A DNA stretch of 61,373 nucleotides from assembly GCA_001938485.1 (NCBI GenBank), contig MQRK01193516.1, positions 1 to 61,373 of the forward strand, written 5' to 3'. The DNA comes from Girardia tigrina (Eukaryota). Of the stretch, positions 1 to 13,400 are shown piece by piece. Position 1 is the first letter of the stretch. Each line of letters begins with the position of its first letter. Both the position numbers and the translations under genes were made by a program. The notes under the pieces were generated by a model that saw only the letters and a list, made by a program, of their open reading frames with translations, had not been told where the DNA came from and searched no databases.

Positions 1-331
1 GGGGGGGGGGTGAGGGAGAGTCCCCATTTTTCCCCTACTATTCAATTCTTTTTTATCTGACTCTCGAAACACAAAAATAATTTTCTTTTAAAAGATGAAG
101 TTTGGAACTTCAACAGCATTATTAAAAAACTTAGCATTTTATTAAAATACTTAGTGAAAAAATACAAGCCTTTTAAAATTTAGGATTAATGTTTTTTTTA
201 AACTAAGAACGAAAAAAATATAGAAAGAAATATTTCTGTAAACTTTAATAAGTAATTGTATAAATTTTAGAATCAATAACAAAGAGTAGGTAAAATAAAT
301 ATTGTTTTTAAATTTAGAATTAATAACTAAT

Positions 332-720
332 TATTAAGAACACCAATATGACTTAATATTTTTATTATTACAACAAGTTTGATTGTCCTCAAGACAATCT
401 TTGTTAAAGTTTTCATAAGATTGTATCAGTCTATCAATTAATGAATTTAATCTTATTATCTGAGTAAATGGAGAGTTAAATATTTACTCAAAATTTTATT
501 GGTTAAAATTTAAATGATTATTAATTATTTAAAAAATATTAATTTAATAATTCATTTAAAATTATACAATTATTTTAAATTAGAAATAAATTTAAACATT
601 ACATATTTTCAGATTATAAGAATTAAAATATTAATCATCCATCTGGGTAGGAGAGACACATTTCCAAATCAACAAACACATTCAAACACAAAACATCAAA
701 CATTCAAAATATTCCTCACA
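332..720 (-). mobile_element. Solo LTR, family A
   Basis: TGTGAGGAA...TTCTTAATA; perfect 5-bp TSD CTAAT. Confidence 0.85.
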
Positions 721-1082
721 CTAATCAAAATCTAATTTGAAGAATTTCTATTTGAGAAATACAATTATCATCAGGACTGAAATGAGGTAAAATAACAAGA
801 AGTGTCTTCAGAATATTCATAATCAAAATCTCCCAAGACAAAAACTTTCTTTCAATCGCGAACAAACAAATGGTATTTGAAAGAAAGACTGTTGACTAGT
901 ATATGAATAATTACTTCTGAGATTGGAAGGAAATAATGTTGAACTATCTAGTCTTATAAATTACATAAGTATTCATGAAAGAAAAACATGGTCTTCAAAA
1001 ATCATAACAAAATATTTTTTCGTACAACAATAAATAAACGTTTTTAAATGGAATTGTGTAAACAACAAAAACAATCTTTAAC

Positions 1083-1408
1083 CTTAGCAAGCCAGGTTGC
1101 AGTTTTCCATTCGTGGTAGGTCTCTAAATATCGGCACGCGTCTGATTGTTTATTTATAGCACAGAGCAACTGAACACCTTCCTTTAAACAGTTATTAGAT
1201 ATAAATTGAGTTGCCACCAATTTGACGGTGCTATGATGAGCATTGATGTTTGAATCAGTAGAGTCAAGGTTAGATCCACTGATGCTGGTTTGTCGAACGC
1301 TTTCTTTAGACTGATTCGCTAATAAACAAGCTAGCTGAAGATCAGACACGTAAGTTGGATTCGTTGGAGGAGTCTCCAAAAGCAATCGTACAGCTCTGTC
1401 TAAATCTC
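1083..1408 (-). CDS. WDR11: WDR11 exon 19
   Basis: DRAVRLLLET...STVKLVATQFI...EGVQLLC...DACRYLETY...WLAK followed by a GT donor. Confidence 0.92.
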
Positions 1409-4400
1409 CTAGAATTTTAATATTTATATTTTATTTACTAGAATATTGGTCATTGGAAATTCGTACATTAAATAATCATTTAAAGAATTTATTGAGCGTT
1501 GTAATAAAAGAATCATAGGAATTTTATTTTATTAAATTTTCAAATAAAATAATATAATTTGAGTACTGTTAATTTAAAACGGAGGTATAAAAGATAAAGG
1601 TTAATGTGAATGTTTTTGAACAGAATCCCAGAAATAGATACTTTTCAAGTTCAAAGTTCTGAACCTTAACTTTATTCGAAAGATTTGAAAAATTATGATC
1701 ATTTTTTTATAAAAATTATGATTTCCATTATTTTTTTCAATTCGGAGATCCATGTGGGTTCAAACACATACTAAAAGGAGTTTTCCGAGTAACATCTTTA
1801 CTAACCTCTTAGATCTACGCCCTAGTTATGTTATATATAATTTATGGGGCATTATAACAAATAGAATTTTTCAAGTTGTTTATTTAAAAAATAGAATCGA
1901 ATTTTGAAACTAAAGAGTTAATATAGCCATATGATTCTAGCAAAATTATATTTTTAGCAATCTTCTGTTTTTCAATTGCTTTATACATGGTGATATAACT
2001 TACTTCGACATTAGTCTCGCACCGAACATGGTTAATAGTTTCCTTTGGGAAAACCTTTGATCTACTTCGTTCAATTCCGATTGAATTACGCCACTTGAAA
2101 GCTTGCCATTGGCTTCATAGTTACATGCGTGGATCATATTGTATCTTGTAACAACACAAGAAATAATGATTTTCTTAAACCAAGAATTTAAATTAAAACT
2201 GCATCCACCAGTTTAGCATCCCAGGCTTATACATTTTTTATTTCGATGTATGACTTTGAAACTTATGCCCTTTAACGCCGATGATTTAGAAAACATGTTA
2301 ACCAACTCCTGGATAGAACTGAACATTTTCCGTATTGGAAACTGCACTTCTAGTTGTTTTGCCCTTACATTCGTTATATTTTAAAAATTCTTTATTTTAA
2401 ATAAAAAAAATTTCAAATTATATTTTTTAATTAAAATTACTTTCGTTTCTATTTTTTATAAAAAACAATAAAAAAATTCTATTTTTAAAATTTTTCCATA
2501 ATTTATAAATTCAAGGAATTAAACAACATTTATAAATATAAATATTTACAGTTAATAAATCGGGTTAGGGTTTTATATTACACTGGAACTCCTTTTTAAA
2601 TATTTAGGGCAACAACATGGTCTTATAAACTTTATTAAAATTACAAGCCTAATTGTGTTTTGAGACAATCCTCAACCATACTTTCGTATATAGACATTCT
2701 TCTCGAATAGTAAAATAATAGTGCAATCTAAAATAAATAATATAAAAATATTTAAATTTAATAATCTGAAATTCTGTCCGAATTATTGGAATATACAAAA
2801 CAATTAAAATATGAATCTGTCATCTGGACGGGAAAGAAACCATTCCAAATATTAAGAACATTTAGACAATTCTCATTTGAATTTTTATTACTATCACAAT
2901 TAGAGTCATTACAACTCTCAGAAAGTCTTTCATCGTTTGACGTCGCTCTAATTGGTTTCGTTATTTCTATTTTTAATCATGATTATTCGAACAGTTCTTC
3001 TAAAACTTTTTAAAATATTTAATTTTTAAAAATATTAATTTAAATTATTTCTAAATAAAAACAAAAAATTATAAAAAATGTTATCAAGTTATTAAAAATG
3101 ACTTTAATTTAAATCTTTTTAAATTTAATTAAATGCTTTTCTTTTCTTAAAAAATATTAAACTTAATTTAAATTGTTAATTTAAAAATATAAACTTATCA
3201 AATTATTATTTTAATTATGTTCGAATAGGCAATCATTGTAAATATAAAAATATTATTAATAAGAAAAAATTTTTTTATAAAAACAACCACGTTTTTCAAG
3301 CAATACCAATGCACTAAAAAGAGGAAAATAATTTTTTTTCTAGACATGTGCGAAATTTTATACCTAACCAAAAACTGTGGGGTGGATTTCTGAATTACTG
3401 CTATTAGTAACTGCTATTTCCTCTTTACTGCTTTTTAGTAACAATCGATCATTTCTATGCCCCGCGTTTTTGGTTAGGTATAAAATTTCTCACATGTCTA
3501 GAAAAAAAATTATTTTCCTCTTTTTAGTGCATTGGTAATGCTTGAAAAACGTGGTTGTTTTCATAATTTTTTTTATTAATAATATTATTTAACTATTTTT
3601 AGTTATCATTTAGGAATTCAAATCTTTCGATTGATTTCGAATAACAGAAATGATAATAAAACCAAAATGACAAAGTTTTATTTTAATAAAAGCAAGTTTT
3701 ATTTCAAAATAATTTTTAAACCTAATGTTAATACTTCTACACTTAATTATCACTTGATTTTCACAATATTTGTTCAATTTATTAATTTTTTCCGTACATC
3801 CGTAAAGTAAATGTTTTAGAATATTGTATTGTCATCGGAAGCAAGCCTGTATAAAAAAATTCAGCTCAATTGGATGACTGAAAGTGGTCGAAAAATCAAT
3901 CGCAAGATTTGTTCCAGACAGACAGACAGAAAAGAAACCAAGCTAAGAAAAACGTGGTAAAAAATACCAATTTCCATCTGGGTGGAGAATCACCATTCTA
4001 AATTCAACATACTCAAATCAACATACAGCATCCATACATTTACACATTCAAACAATTTAAAATATTCCTCAAACCAAACAACACACACAATACAATATGC
4101 AACACGCATCATCCGAAAAAATCTTTGGTCACTATTTATATTCAATTATAAGTGTAACAATTGTCGGTGAGAAATTTTGGTAAAGCAGTCATTTCATTAA
4201 ATGAGTTTAAAAAGTCTTATTCAATGTGACCTCATTGGCAATCAACAATACGCTCACAATATGGCCGGAAATGGGTTTAGATTATCTGGATGAAGTTTTT
4301 GGTGATAAAGGACTTTAGAGCTTCGAACCTAGTGCCTGATTCATTTTATATCTTTGGCTCCACAAACACCAAGACTCTATGGTCATGTGAGTTCAAATAT

Positions 4401-7400
4401 ACTGAAGTATTTCAAATAATATTTCCTTCATCCAGTTCACATTATTTTGACCTGAAAGGCCGTATTTTTGGTCGTTCCATGGGTTATTTTATCACTATAG
4501 CAGAATGCAGTAACATGCTTTAGACTCAACTTTAGAAAGATATTTGATCAAACAAGGAAGCATTATTGGCTGTCTTTTACAATTAACCCAAACTTATATT
4601 ACGAAGGCAAAGTTTACTCTGTAACTTGAATTTCGTGTGGTATTTGACATTGTCCTGATGTTGAAAACATGATCGACAGCAAAAACCTTCTAATGAGTAA
4701 AGAACTCGATACATGAGTAACTTTAACCAGCTCAGTAACTTCTTGTATCGTTTTAATGTAATCTGTTTCTGATATTCAGCAATCAAACGGTGTTTAATGC
4801 ATCACCTAGATTTTTCCCAGAGGTCATTCTTCATAATGTCGCATACCGGTAACTCACTAACCCTGATATTCTTAGTCATTCGCCTACTCTATATAATTCC
4901 GATCGACTTGATAATGGATGTGGTGCTTGTGGACAGCTGTTTCCCCAATTCAAAAACTTTGCTTGTGACTCTCAGTCTTCTTAAATTTGCTAATGACTTT
5001 GATGATAATGTGATAGTCTTTCGTCAGTCTGTTTACTATATAGAACTTGAAAGATATTTTTCTGACAGTTTTTAAAAATAAAACAATCGAGTTTGATGAA
5101 ATACCGTAAAAGACATCAGTAAAATAATACATAAACAATGACAAATATTAAGTACAATTTAAGTCTCACCAAGCATAATGAATGCCTCAGCACATTTTTG
5201 GGTTTGTTTATGAGACGTTCTTTTTCTTTCTAGACTCCATAATCGAGACTTTTGATAGGATTTGTATATGTCTGTCGGCCACAACATTTCCCACGGAAGA
5301 AATATTTTAAACTGATCTTCAAAAAATACTTTTAGGACGACAATCCAAAATTTAAGTTCATAATCATCCCCAAGTAAAATTGCGGTCAGATAACACCTAA
5401 TTGCTAGGTCCATGGAAGTAGACCCTGATGCCTGTTGGAATGGATCCAAGAAATTACTGACCAAAATTCAAATAAGTTATCAGAAAATATACAATAAAAA
5501 TGCTTACTGATCATAAAGTCTCTTAAAAATACTCATTAATTTAGAGTCTTTCACTATGTCTTCTTCTGTGTTCCAAAGGTCAGGTAAGGCAGAGAATTTG
5601 CTTCTCCAGGGCTGATGTTGTAAATAGTGTTTAACAACAAAGATTATTTTGGGAGGAAGGAGAGAAAGGCACATGACCGGTTCTAGTAGCAAATGTTACA
5701 ATATTTAACTGCAAAAGTATTATATTAAGTAAAACTTATTTCTATTAGTTTCTTAAGAGTTGTAATGCTCGCTTTATAAATCATATTTTATAAAACATAT
5801 TTTTTGCTCATCGATTGATCGTATTGAATAGTCGGGTTTTTGATAATTTTTATATTCAATGTTTTTCAAACAATCGACAATTCCCAAAAAGAATTATTGG
5901 AAAAAATTCTTTATAATTAAAAAAAATTTAGATAAATTTCAATTTCGTTCTTTAAAGAATCGACAAAGAAATTGCTTAAAATTCAAATCTGCAATTAAAA
6001 AATTATTATCGTCAATTTCTCTGTTTTTCTGACAATTCTATCAATGTTTGATGTGATTCATACAAATTGCAAACCGGAAAACCGCTATCCATTCCAAATT
6101 CTATCCGATAATTCGCTAGATAAAGTGCATATCAATCCCAATCAAATCGAGAATATTAACTTTGATTTATCAATTAATATTTTTAATGCGTGTTTAAAAA
6201 TGAATATTTTAGGAATTTCATCATTGGTGTCAGAAGTTGGATTTGAGGATCATGTTAATTTAATTAATTTTTAATTAATACAATTAATTTTCATGTAAAA
6301 CCACAAAAAAAGTTGAATTCAATATACTATTAATCATTTCCTCTGGAAGAAATTTAAATTTTAGCAAAACTATGGTCAATGTGGATCAGTTTATAAATAA
6401 ATAATTTTAAAATCCATAAATTATAATTTTTATAATTCATTGAGATATTTTATTAGAATAAACATTAAGTTCTTTCCGATTTCAAAAATAAAATTTAAAC
6501 ATAATTTTACAACAAATAGAAAACAATCAAGATTCAAAGTGAAGACCATTTGAATCAATGACTTAAATCCATCTATTATCAATTTGGGCCTTATCGCTGC
6601 GGTACTATTTTTTGTTTAAGAGGCAAAATATTCCCGAGATACGTTTTCGAACTCACCCAGATTGTTGAAGTTGCGGCCACGAAGAAAGTGGACCATAGAA
6701 TGGAAAAGGTGGTAGTCGGATGGCATCAGATACGGACTATAAGTTGTGTGAGGAAGAAGTTCAATGACATCAAGACTCTTGTCTTTTCTTGGATTTCTCT
6801 GTCAGTATGTGGTTTAGCGTGGTCTTACAGCAGAAGAGCGTGCTTTTGATTTATCAAGGTGGAGTATTTTCTGCCAAGCACTCAAAACAGCTTCCTTGAT
6901 GTTTTCTTTTGTTGCTGGTTCTATCATTTATATTTTATTTTGATTTTGTTTGCCTGGATTATTAAAATATTTCCACTTTTACTCACAAGTAACATTTCTA
7001 CGGATTAAACGAACAGAACGCGGATTCAGTAGCAATTTTCTAGAGATCACCATACGTCATTGGGCTTTAATTTCAGTTAATTCATAAGGTACCTCTCGGC
7101 AGAGACTACTGACTTTTCCAACATCGTGAAGATTCCGCACAACTGATGTTTGAAGAACAATCTAGGAGTGATCGTAAAGAAATTATTTTCGATGGCTACC
7201 TGGATTGCTTCAGAATTCACTGTTAAAAGTCAGCCTAAACGCGACTTGTCTCTGAGGTCAGTGTCGTCGCCGTTATACTTTTTAAACCAATTTCGTGCAA
7301 TATGATCCGAGACCATATTCTCACCTTCAACTTCATATTTCTTTTTTGTTGCTGTCGCAGCCCTGAAGCCTTGTTTCAAATAATTTTGTAAAAGGACACG

Positions 7401-10400
7401 AATTTCTAACTTTTTAATGATGTTTCTAGAGGTTAAAAAATTAAATAAATGATAGATTATAAATGGTAATATAATTGTATATAATGATAGTGCGAATATA
7501 AAACATAAATAACAGTCGAAAAAATAGTAGAAAACACAATTAGACAAAAAATAATAAAAACCAAACAGAAATTTTGATTAACTGTATTATTTTTAGGGTA
7601 CATACCGTTTTGGTACCGCCGTCTTGGTCCCAGGCCGTTTTGGAACCACTGTTTTGGTCCTTGGTACATTTATTTATAAAATTTTTAGATGTAGTAAGTA
7701 TGATCTGTTTTGCCGAATTTGTATAATTGGAGAATTCGTGAAAAAAAGGTATTTAATATAAAAAACCAATTTAAAATGAAAAATTATCAATTTAACATGA
7801 AAAAAATCAATTTAATATGAAAATTTTGTATTTAATATGAACTAGTAAATCAAAAAAATAAAATTTTTATATCCATTCTTTATGCCGATAAAACTCTACT
7901 TTGCCAACAAAGTTTTTAAAATTTAAAAATTAAAGATTTAAAAAATTTTAATTAAAAAAACAATTAAAATCAATATAAACTACTTATAATTTATAAATAG
8001 ATATCTTGCAATTAATATTTTTCGGGAACTCCGAATTTCCCATTTTGGGATCCTAAAAAGTTTTTTCGATCAAATGTTTACATAATCCTTTATTGTCATT
8101 GAGAATGAGTAAGTCTGCAAAGTTTGAATAAAATCGATTGAGTAAAAGGCCTACAAAAATAGGTTTCTAAATTCCATGGATACATATTTATATATACCTA
8201 TATAGAAAGTAAGTTAATAAAAAGAATGGAAAAATTATCAATGTAATATGAAAAAATTTAAATTAAATTTGAAAAAAATCTCAAAATGTAAATTTTTTAT
8301 GCATAGTTATTTAAATTTCTTCTTTGGTGGTAAGCTGAATTGCAAACATGTATTGTTTAAACCTTTTTTTAAATATTAAAATGATAATTCTTCATATTAA
8401 ATACCTATTTTTTCATATTTAATTGATTTTCTTTCATATTAAATACATATTTTTACATATTTGAATATTTTAAATATTATACATATTCGGCATAACAGAT
8501 CATACAAATAAATAAATCATATACGAGGGCGGGTCAATAAGTCCGTGACTTTTGGAATAAAACACAGATTTTTTGATAAATAAATCATTTTATTTTTCAA
8601 CGTAGTCTCCCTTGAGCTCTATACACTTTGTCCAANNNNNNNNNNNNNNNNNNNNNNNNNNNNNNNNNNNNNNNNNNNNNNNNNNNNNNNNNNNNNNNNN
8701 NNNNNNNNNNNNNNNNNNNNNNNNNNNNNNNNNNNNNNNNNNNNNNNNNNNNNNNNNNNNNNNNNNNNNNNNNNNNNNNNNNNNNNNNNNNNNNNNNNNN
8801 NNNNNNNNNNNNNNNNNNNNNNNNNNNNNNNNNNNNNNNNNNNNNNNNNNNNNNNNNNNNNNNNNNNNNNNNNNNNNNNNNNNNNNNNNNNNNNNNNNNN
8901 NNNNNNNNNNNNNNNNNNNNNNNNNNNNNNNNNNNNNNNNNNNNNNNNNNNNNNNNNNNNNNNNNNNNNNNNNNNNNNNNNNNNNNNNNNNNNNNNNNNN
9001 NNNNNNNNNNNNNNNNNNNNNNNNNNNNNNNNNNNNNNNNNNNNNNNNNNNNNNNNNNNNNNNNNNNNNNNNNNNNNNNNNNNNNNNNNNNNNNNNNNNN
9101 NNNNNNNNNNNNNNNNNNNNNNNNNNNNNNNNNNNNNNNNNNNNNNNNNNNNNNNNNNNNNNNNNNNNNNNNNNNNNNNNNNNNNNNNNNNNNNNNNNNN
9201 NNNNNNNNNNNNNNNNNNNNNNNNNNNNNNNNNNNNNNNNNNNNNNNNNNNNNNNNNNNNNNNNNNNNNNNNNNNNNNNNNNNNNNNNNNNNNNNNNNNN
9301 NNNNNNNNNNNNNNNNNNNNNNNNNNNNNNNNNNNNNNNNNNNNNNNNNNNNNNNNNNNNNNNNNNNNNNNNNNNNNNNNNNNNNNNNNNNNNNNNNNNN
9401 NNNNNTTTTTACCATTGAAATCGATGGTGCAGAGTCCCCATAGTATTTATCAAGCTTAGCCTTGGTCTCGGTAATGGTTTTTTTTCGCAAAAAAATAATG
9501 CTTAATAAGCACACGAAATTCACTTTTTTCCATTTTCTCTTCAAATTACTGGGTAGTCTGATAAAGATAGCTGTGACACACAAACTAAATGACTCAGCAA
9601 GTTAAAATTTTTGAGAGGAGTCAACTGACTCATGCCTGTTGACAGGAGCAGTGTTGCTTTTCAGTAACGAGGTCAGAAATTCAAAAAGTCACGGACTTAT
9701 TGACCCACCCTCGTAGATCATATAAATAAATATACCAAGGACCAAAACGTCCTGCTCCTATATTTTTATGACTTGAATTAAGACTTAAATTCTATTAAAG
9801 CAAAAGAAAACATTTTATCTGTTTATAGGAAATAAACAGTGACTAATAGAACAACAAAGAATTAGTTTAAAAAAATTACACAAGCCGATTTTAGTTAACA
9901 GGAAAAAAGAAGGTACGGGTCAAAAGTCAAACATTTCAAATTAAAAAGTGCAATTTGTTTTATGTGAAAAAATAATGTTTCTCTCAACTATTTGTCAAAC
10001 AAACTGGACAGCCAAAAATTTTCCATCGATGGAAAATTGAAACATGTGAATGAAGAAAATAAGTTATCAGCATATGTATAATATCTTGACGTAAATGTTT
10101 TCAAGAATTACAATATTTATATAGTATTTGGGTAGATATAGGATGGACATAATTTTATGACAAAGTTAATGGCGAGTGTCTGGTGGCAGAGGATAGGCAC
10201 AATTTATTACGAAATATGAACATGAGTTGAAACTATTGTTGAAAATAAGGACTATTTTAATAAGTTCAATAAATTAACGAATACTAATATGAGGAAACAG
10301 AAAAATTTATTTAATAATTTTAATATTTACTTATTTCCTGATAATTGAAGACATTACAAATCAAAGTCAAACGAACATCGAAGGGATCCTAACACTTCAA

Positions 10401-13400
10401 CAAAACCATACCCACCAGATTCCCTTGACTTCTTTATTTTCAAAAGCATGGAGAATGCTCTCAGCAACGTTGATTTTAATAATGATGATAAAATATTTAC
10501 CCTTCGGAATTCTTATTTTAATTCTAACTCTCTGAATAGTTTGAAAGAAGAATTTATGCATTAATTTTAAATTATTTACTAAAAATATTTTCAAAACATT
10601 GTTCTTATCTTTATAATTTTAAATTTTCATTTTAAAAATAAGTGAAAAACGGAAAGTAATTTTGAAAAATCTAATCCTATTCAAACTCAAATACTTAAGT
10701 AATTTTTCCCAATAATTATTACTCTTCAAAAGCTAATTAGTTTAGAAACTTCTCAATGGAAAAGAAAATGAAAGATAAATAAGAATCAATACGTTGAAAA
10801 TATAAATAACCTGCAAAATCATCCATGTTGATAACAGAACAACAAGTTTCAAGGGATGTTGCTCGAACGACTCTAATCTCAGTTGCCGCCAGAAGCGCCA
10901 GAGTGGAACCATCATCCAGCCAGTCCGCTCCATAAATACGGTTATGCACATCCTTTCCCCATTTAATTGCTTTCACAATGGAACACTTGATAAAACTTTT
11001 ATTATTTTTTAAACAAAACTTTAATTAAATGTCTATTATATTTTTGAAAAACGTTTTGACGCTTTTAGTACGTCAGTAACTTTTTTTATCTTCTACGAAA
11101 CGCATTCATGAATATTAAATATTATCTCTATTTATTTTTATTATTATTAAGAACAAAAATTTGAATTTTAATATTTTTATAAATATAAACAGTTTGATCG
11201 TCCTCAAGACAATCTTTGTCAAAGCTTTCGTACAATTGCATTCTAAACTAAATTGATTAATGACTTTAGTTTTATTATCTGAGTAAATGGAGAGTTAAAT
11301 ATTTACTCAAAATTTAATTGGTTAAAATTTAAATGATTATTAATTATTTAAAAAATATCGTACTGTTGTACCAAAACACACACTCGCTGATCGACTTTGC
11401 AGATCTCTCCGCCATTGTCTTAATGGTGCGGTGATTTCTCTCGCACATCCCATTCCCTTGATGCCGATAAGCTGCGGTGAACCCTTGCTCGACTTCCATT
11501 TATCTAGCAACCGTCTCACTGGGGCACTTCGGAAGACAGCCGCATTATCGGAAAAGAAACGTTTCGGCGGTCCAAATTCAGAGCATACGCTATCTATATG
11601 CCAACCTATTTCCTCAGCGGATCCACTACGCAACTTTCTCCAAATACAAAATCTTGTTGCTGAATTCACTATAGTCAGATATGCGACACCGTTGAAATAA
11701 GTCACATCGCTATAAAGTTAGCACCATACCTTGTCAGTTGACAATTGCCCATGTTGATACTCAATTCGTGGGGCTGGACAGATCTTTGAACACTCTTTAC
11801 ATTGCTTGATAACTTCCTTAACTTGATCTAACTTTACTGCATTTATCCCATATTTTTCCCTCAACAGTTCACTCGTCCTGTCAACTCCAAAGTGACAGAT
11901 ATCATGAATTTTCTTGATCTCATCAACATTTGGATACTGATTTGCTTCGATGGCGTTTACTTCCACTTTCCTCTTTAGCCATTGTTTTGGAACCCTGGCC
12001 AAATAATCTGCCATATTCAATGAAAATTTCACCAATTCCAGTTCCACCTCCAGTTTTTCTTGATCTTTCAACTCACTCACGATATCGAGTCTTCGGCGTA
12101 CCAAATGTTCAGATAATGTGCGGGTTCTTGGGTTGTATGAATTCTTGAATACTGCCATGAGCCATCCATACACTGTTGCTGAGTCTGTCATCAGTTTGAA
12201 CTTATGAAAACACAAGATTATTGCCAAGTTTATTCCCCTTATGGCCAAATCCAGTTCATTCATATTTATATGGCTTGTATCATCCACTTTTATCTGCAAG
12301 TGTCATCCACTTTTCACTCCAGTTGCTGCAGTAATAGCTTCCAATTTCGCTCCATAACATCGTTTCCCACTATGATATCGACACCTGCAGGCAGCCTTTC
12401 AACCACAATTGCTCCAACAGGCCCCAGGTTCATACCGTCAAATAGCATCTCATGTAGATGCACTTTACCCAGGATATTTACCTGATTACCGTCTACCGCT
12501 ACCAGATTCATGTTTATAACTCCTTCGATTCTTGACTTTGTGCAACCTCTTCTAATAAGAGTGGCACTACTTCCCGTGTCGATCATCACCTTCATCATTT
12601 CCCCATCGATTAGCACTTGACGAATCAATAAATTCGGAATAACAGCTGAACATGAAAAAAATTATTGGCGATTGCGAAATTTTTGAGGCGATTCACGGCC
12701 AGCTTGTTGACACAGTTGTCCTCGAGGCGTTGTGGCTTTTTATAGGCGTAACTATTGCCGCTAGTTACACCACCACCCACTCTTACTGTGACATTTGGAC
12801 CTACACCATTCACTGGGGAGAGGTTGGACCCGGGAACTCCTCCCCTCTGTCGTTTCCCGACATGTTACAGTTTGCTTTAATATATCCAACTTCTCCGCAT
12901 TTAAAGCATTTAACTCTACATGTCTTCTGCGTGTGTCCAAGTCGATTACAACCAACAATCCAGCGATAAGCCCTTCCACGTGTCGTATGCCGGCCCGTCC
13001 AATAACATGACTAAGCATGAGACTTCTTTTTCCATTAGCACGTTTACCTCGATGGCAAACTCGAATCTGTCGATCCCACGTTCGACGTCCTCCCCACCAT
13101 CAAATTTCTTCAAATTACTGATAGCTTTCATAGCCGCGATAGCTTGTAAAATAAGATGATTTTTCGATTTACAAAAACTATATTATTCAAACAAATTAAA
13201 ATTAATTCACAAAATTATATTTTTAATTATAATTCTTTAGAAAATTTTTGATTTTAGATATTTTCTTATTTTAGAGATTATATATAAAAATTAATTATTT
13301 CAAAAATTTTAAGAGTGCACCTGCTCCTCACAAGTATCATTATCATTACATGATTTGTTTATATCCAGTGGCGTCGCTAGGCTTGGTGTCACCCAGTGCG

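Noticed and set aside
730-1000. Candidate next WDR11 exon
   Set aside because: The in-phase frame has stops and no similarity to WDR11. VLGDFD suggests a decayed LINE endonuclease, so the last exons are probably outside the window.
8597-9583. Long ORFs in the track here and at 25341-25746, 36203-36565 and 48501-48821
   Set aside because: They are open only because they cross N gaps; only the flanking mariner fragments are informative.
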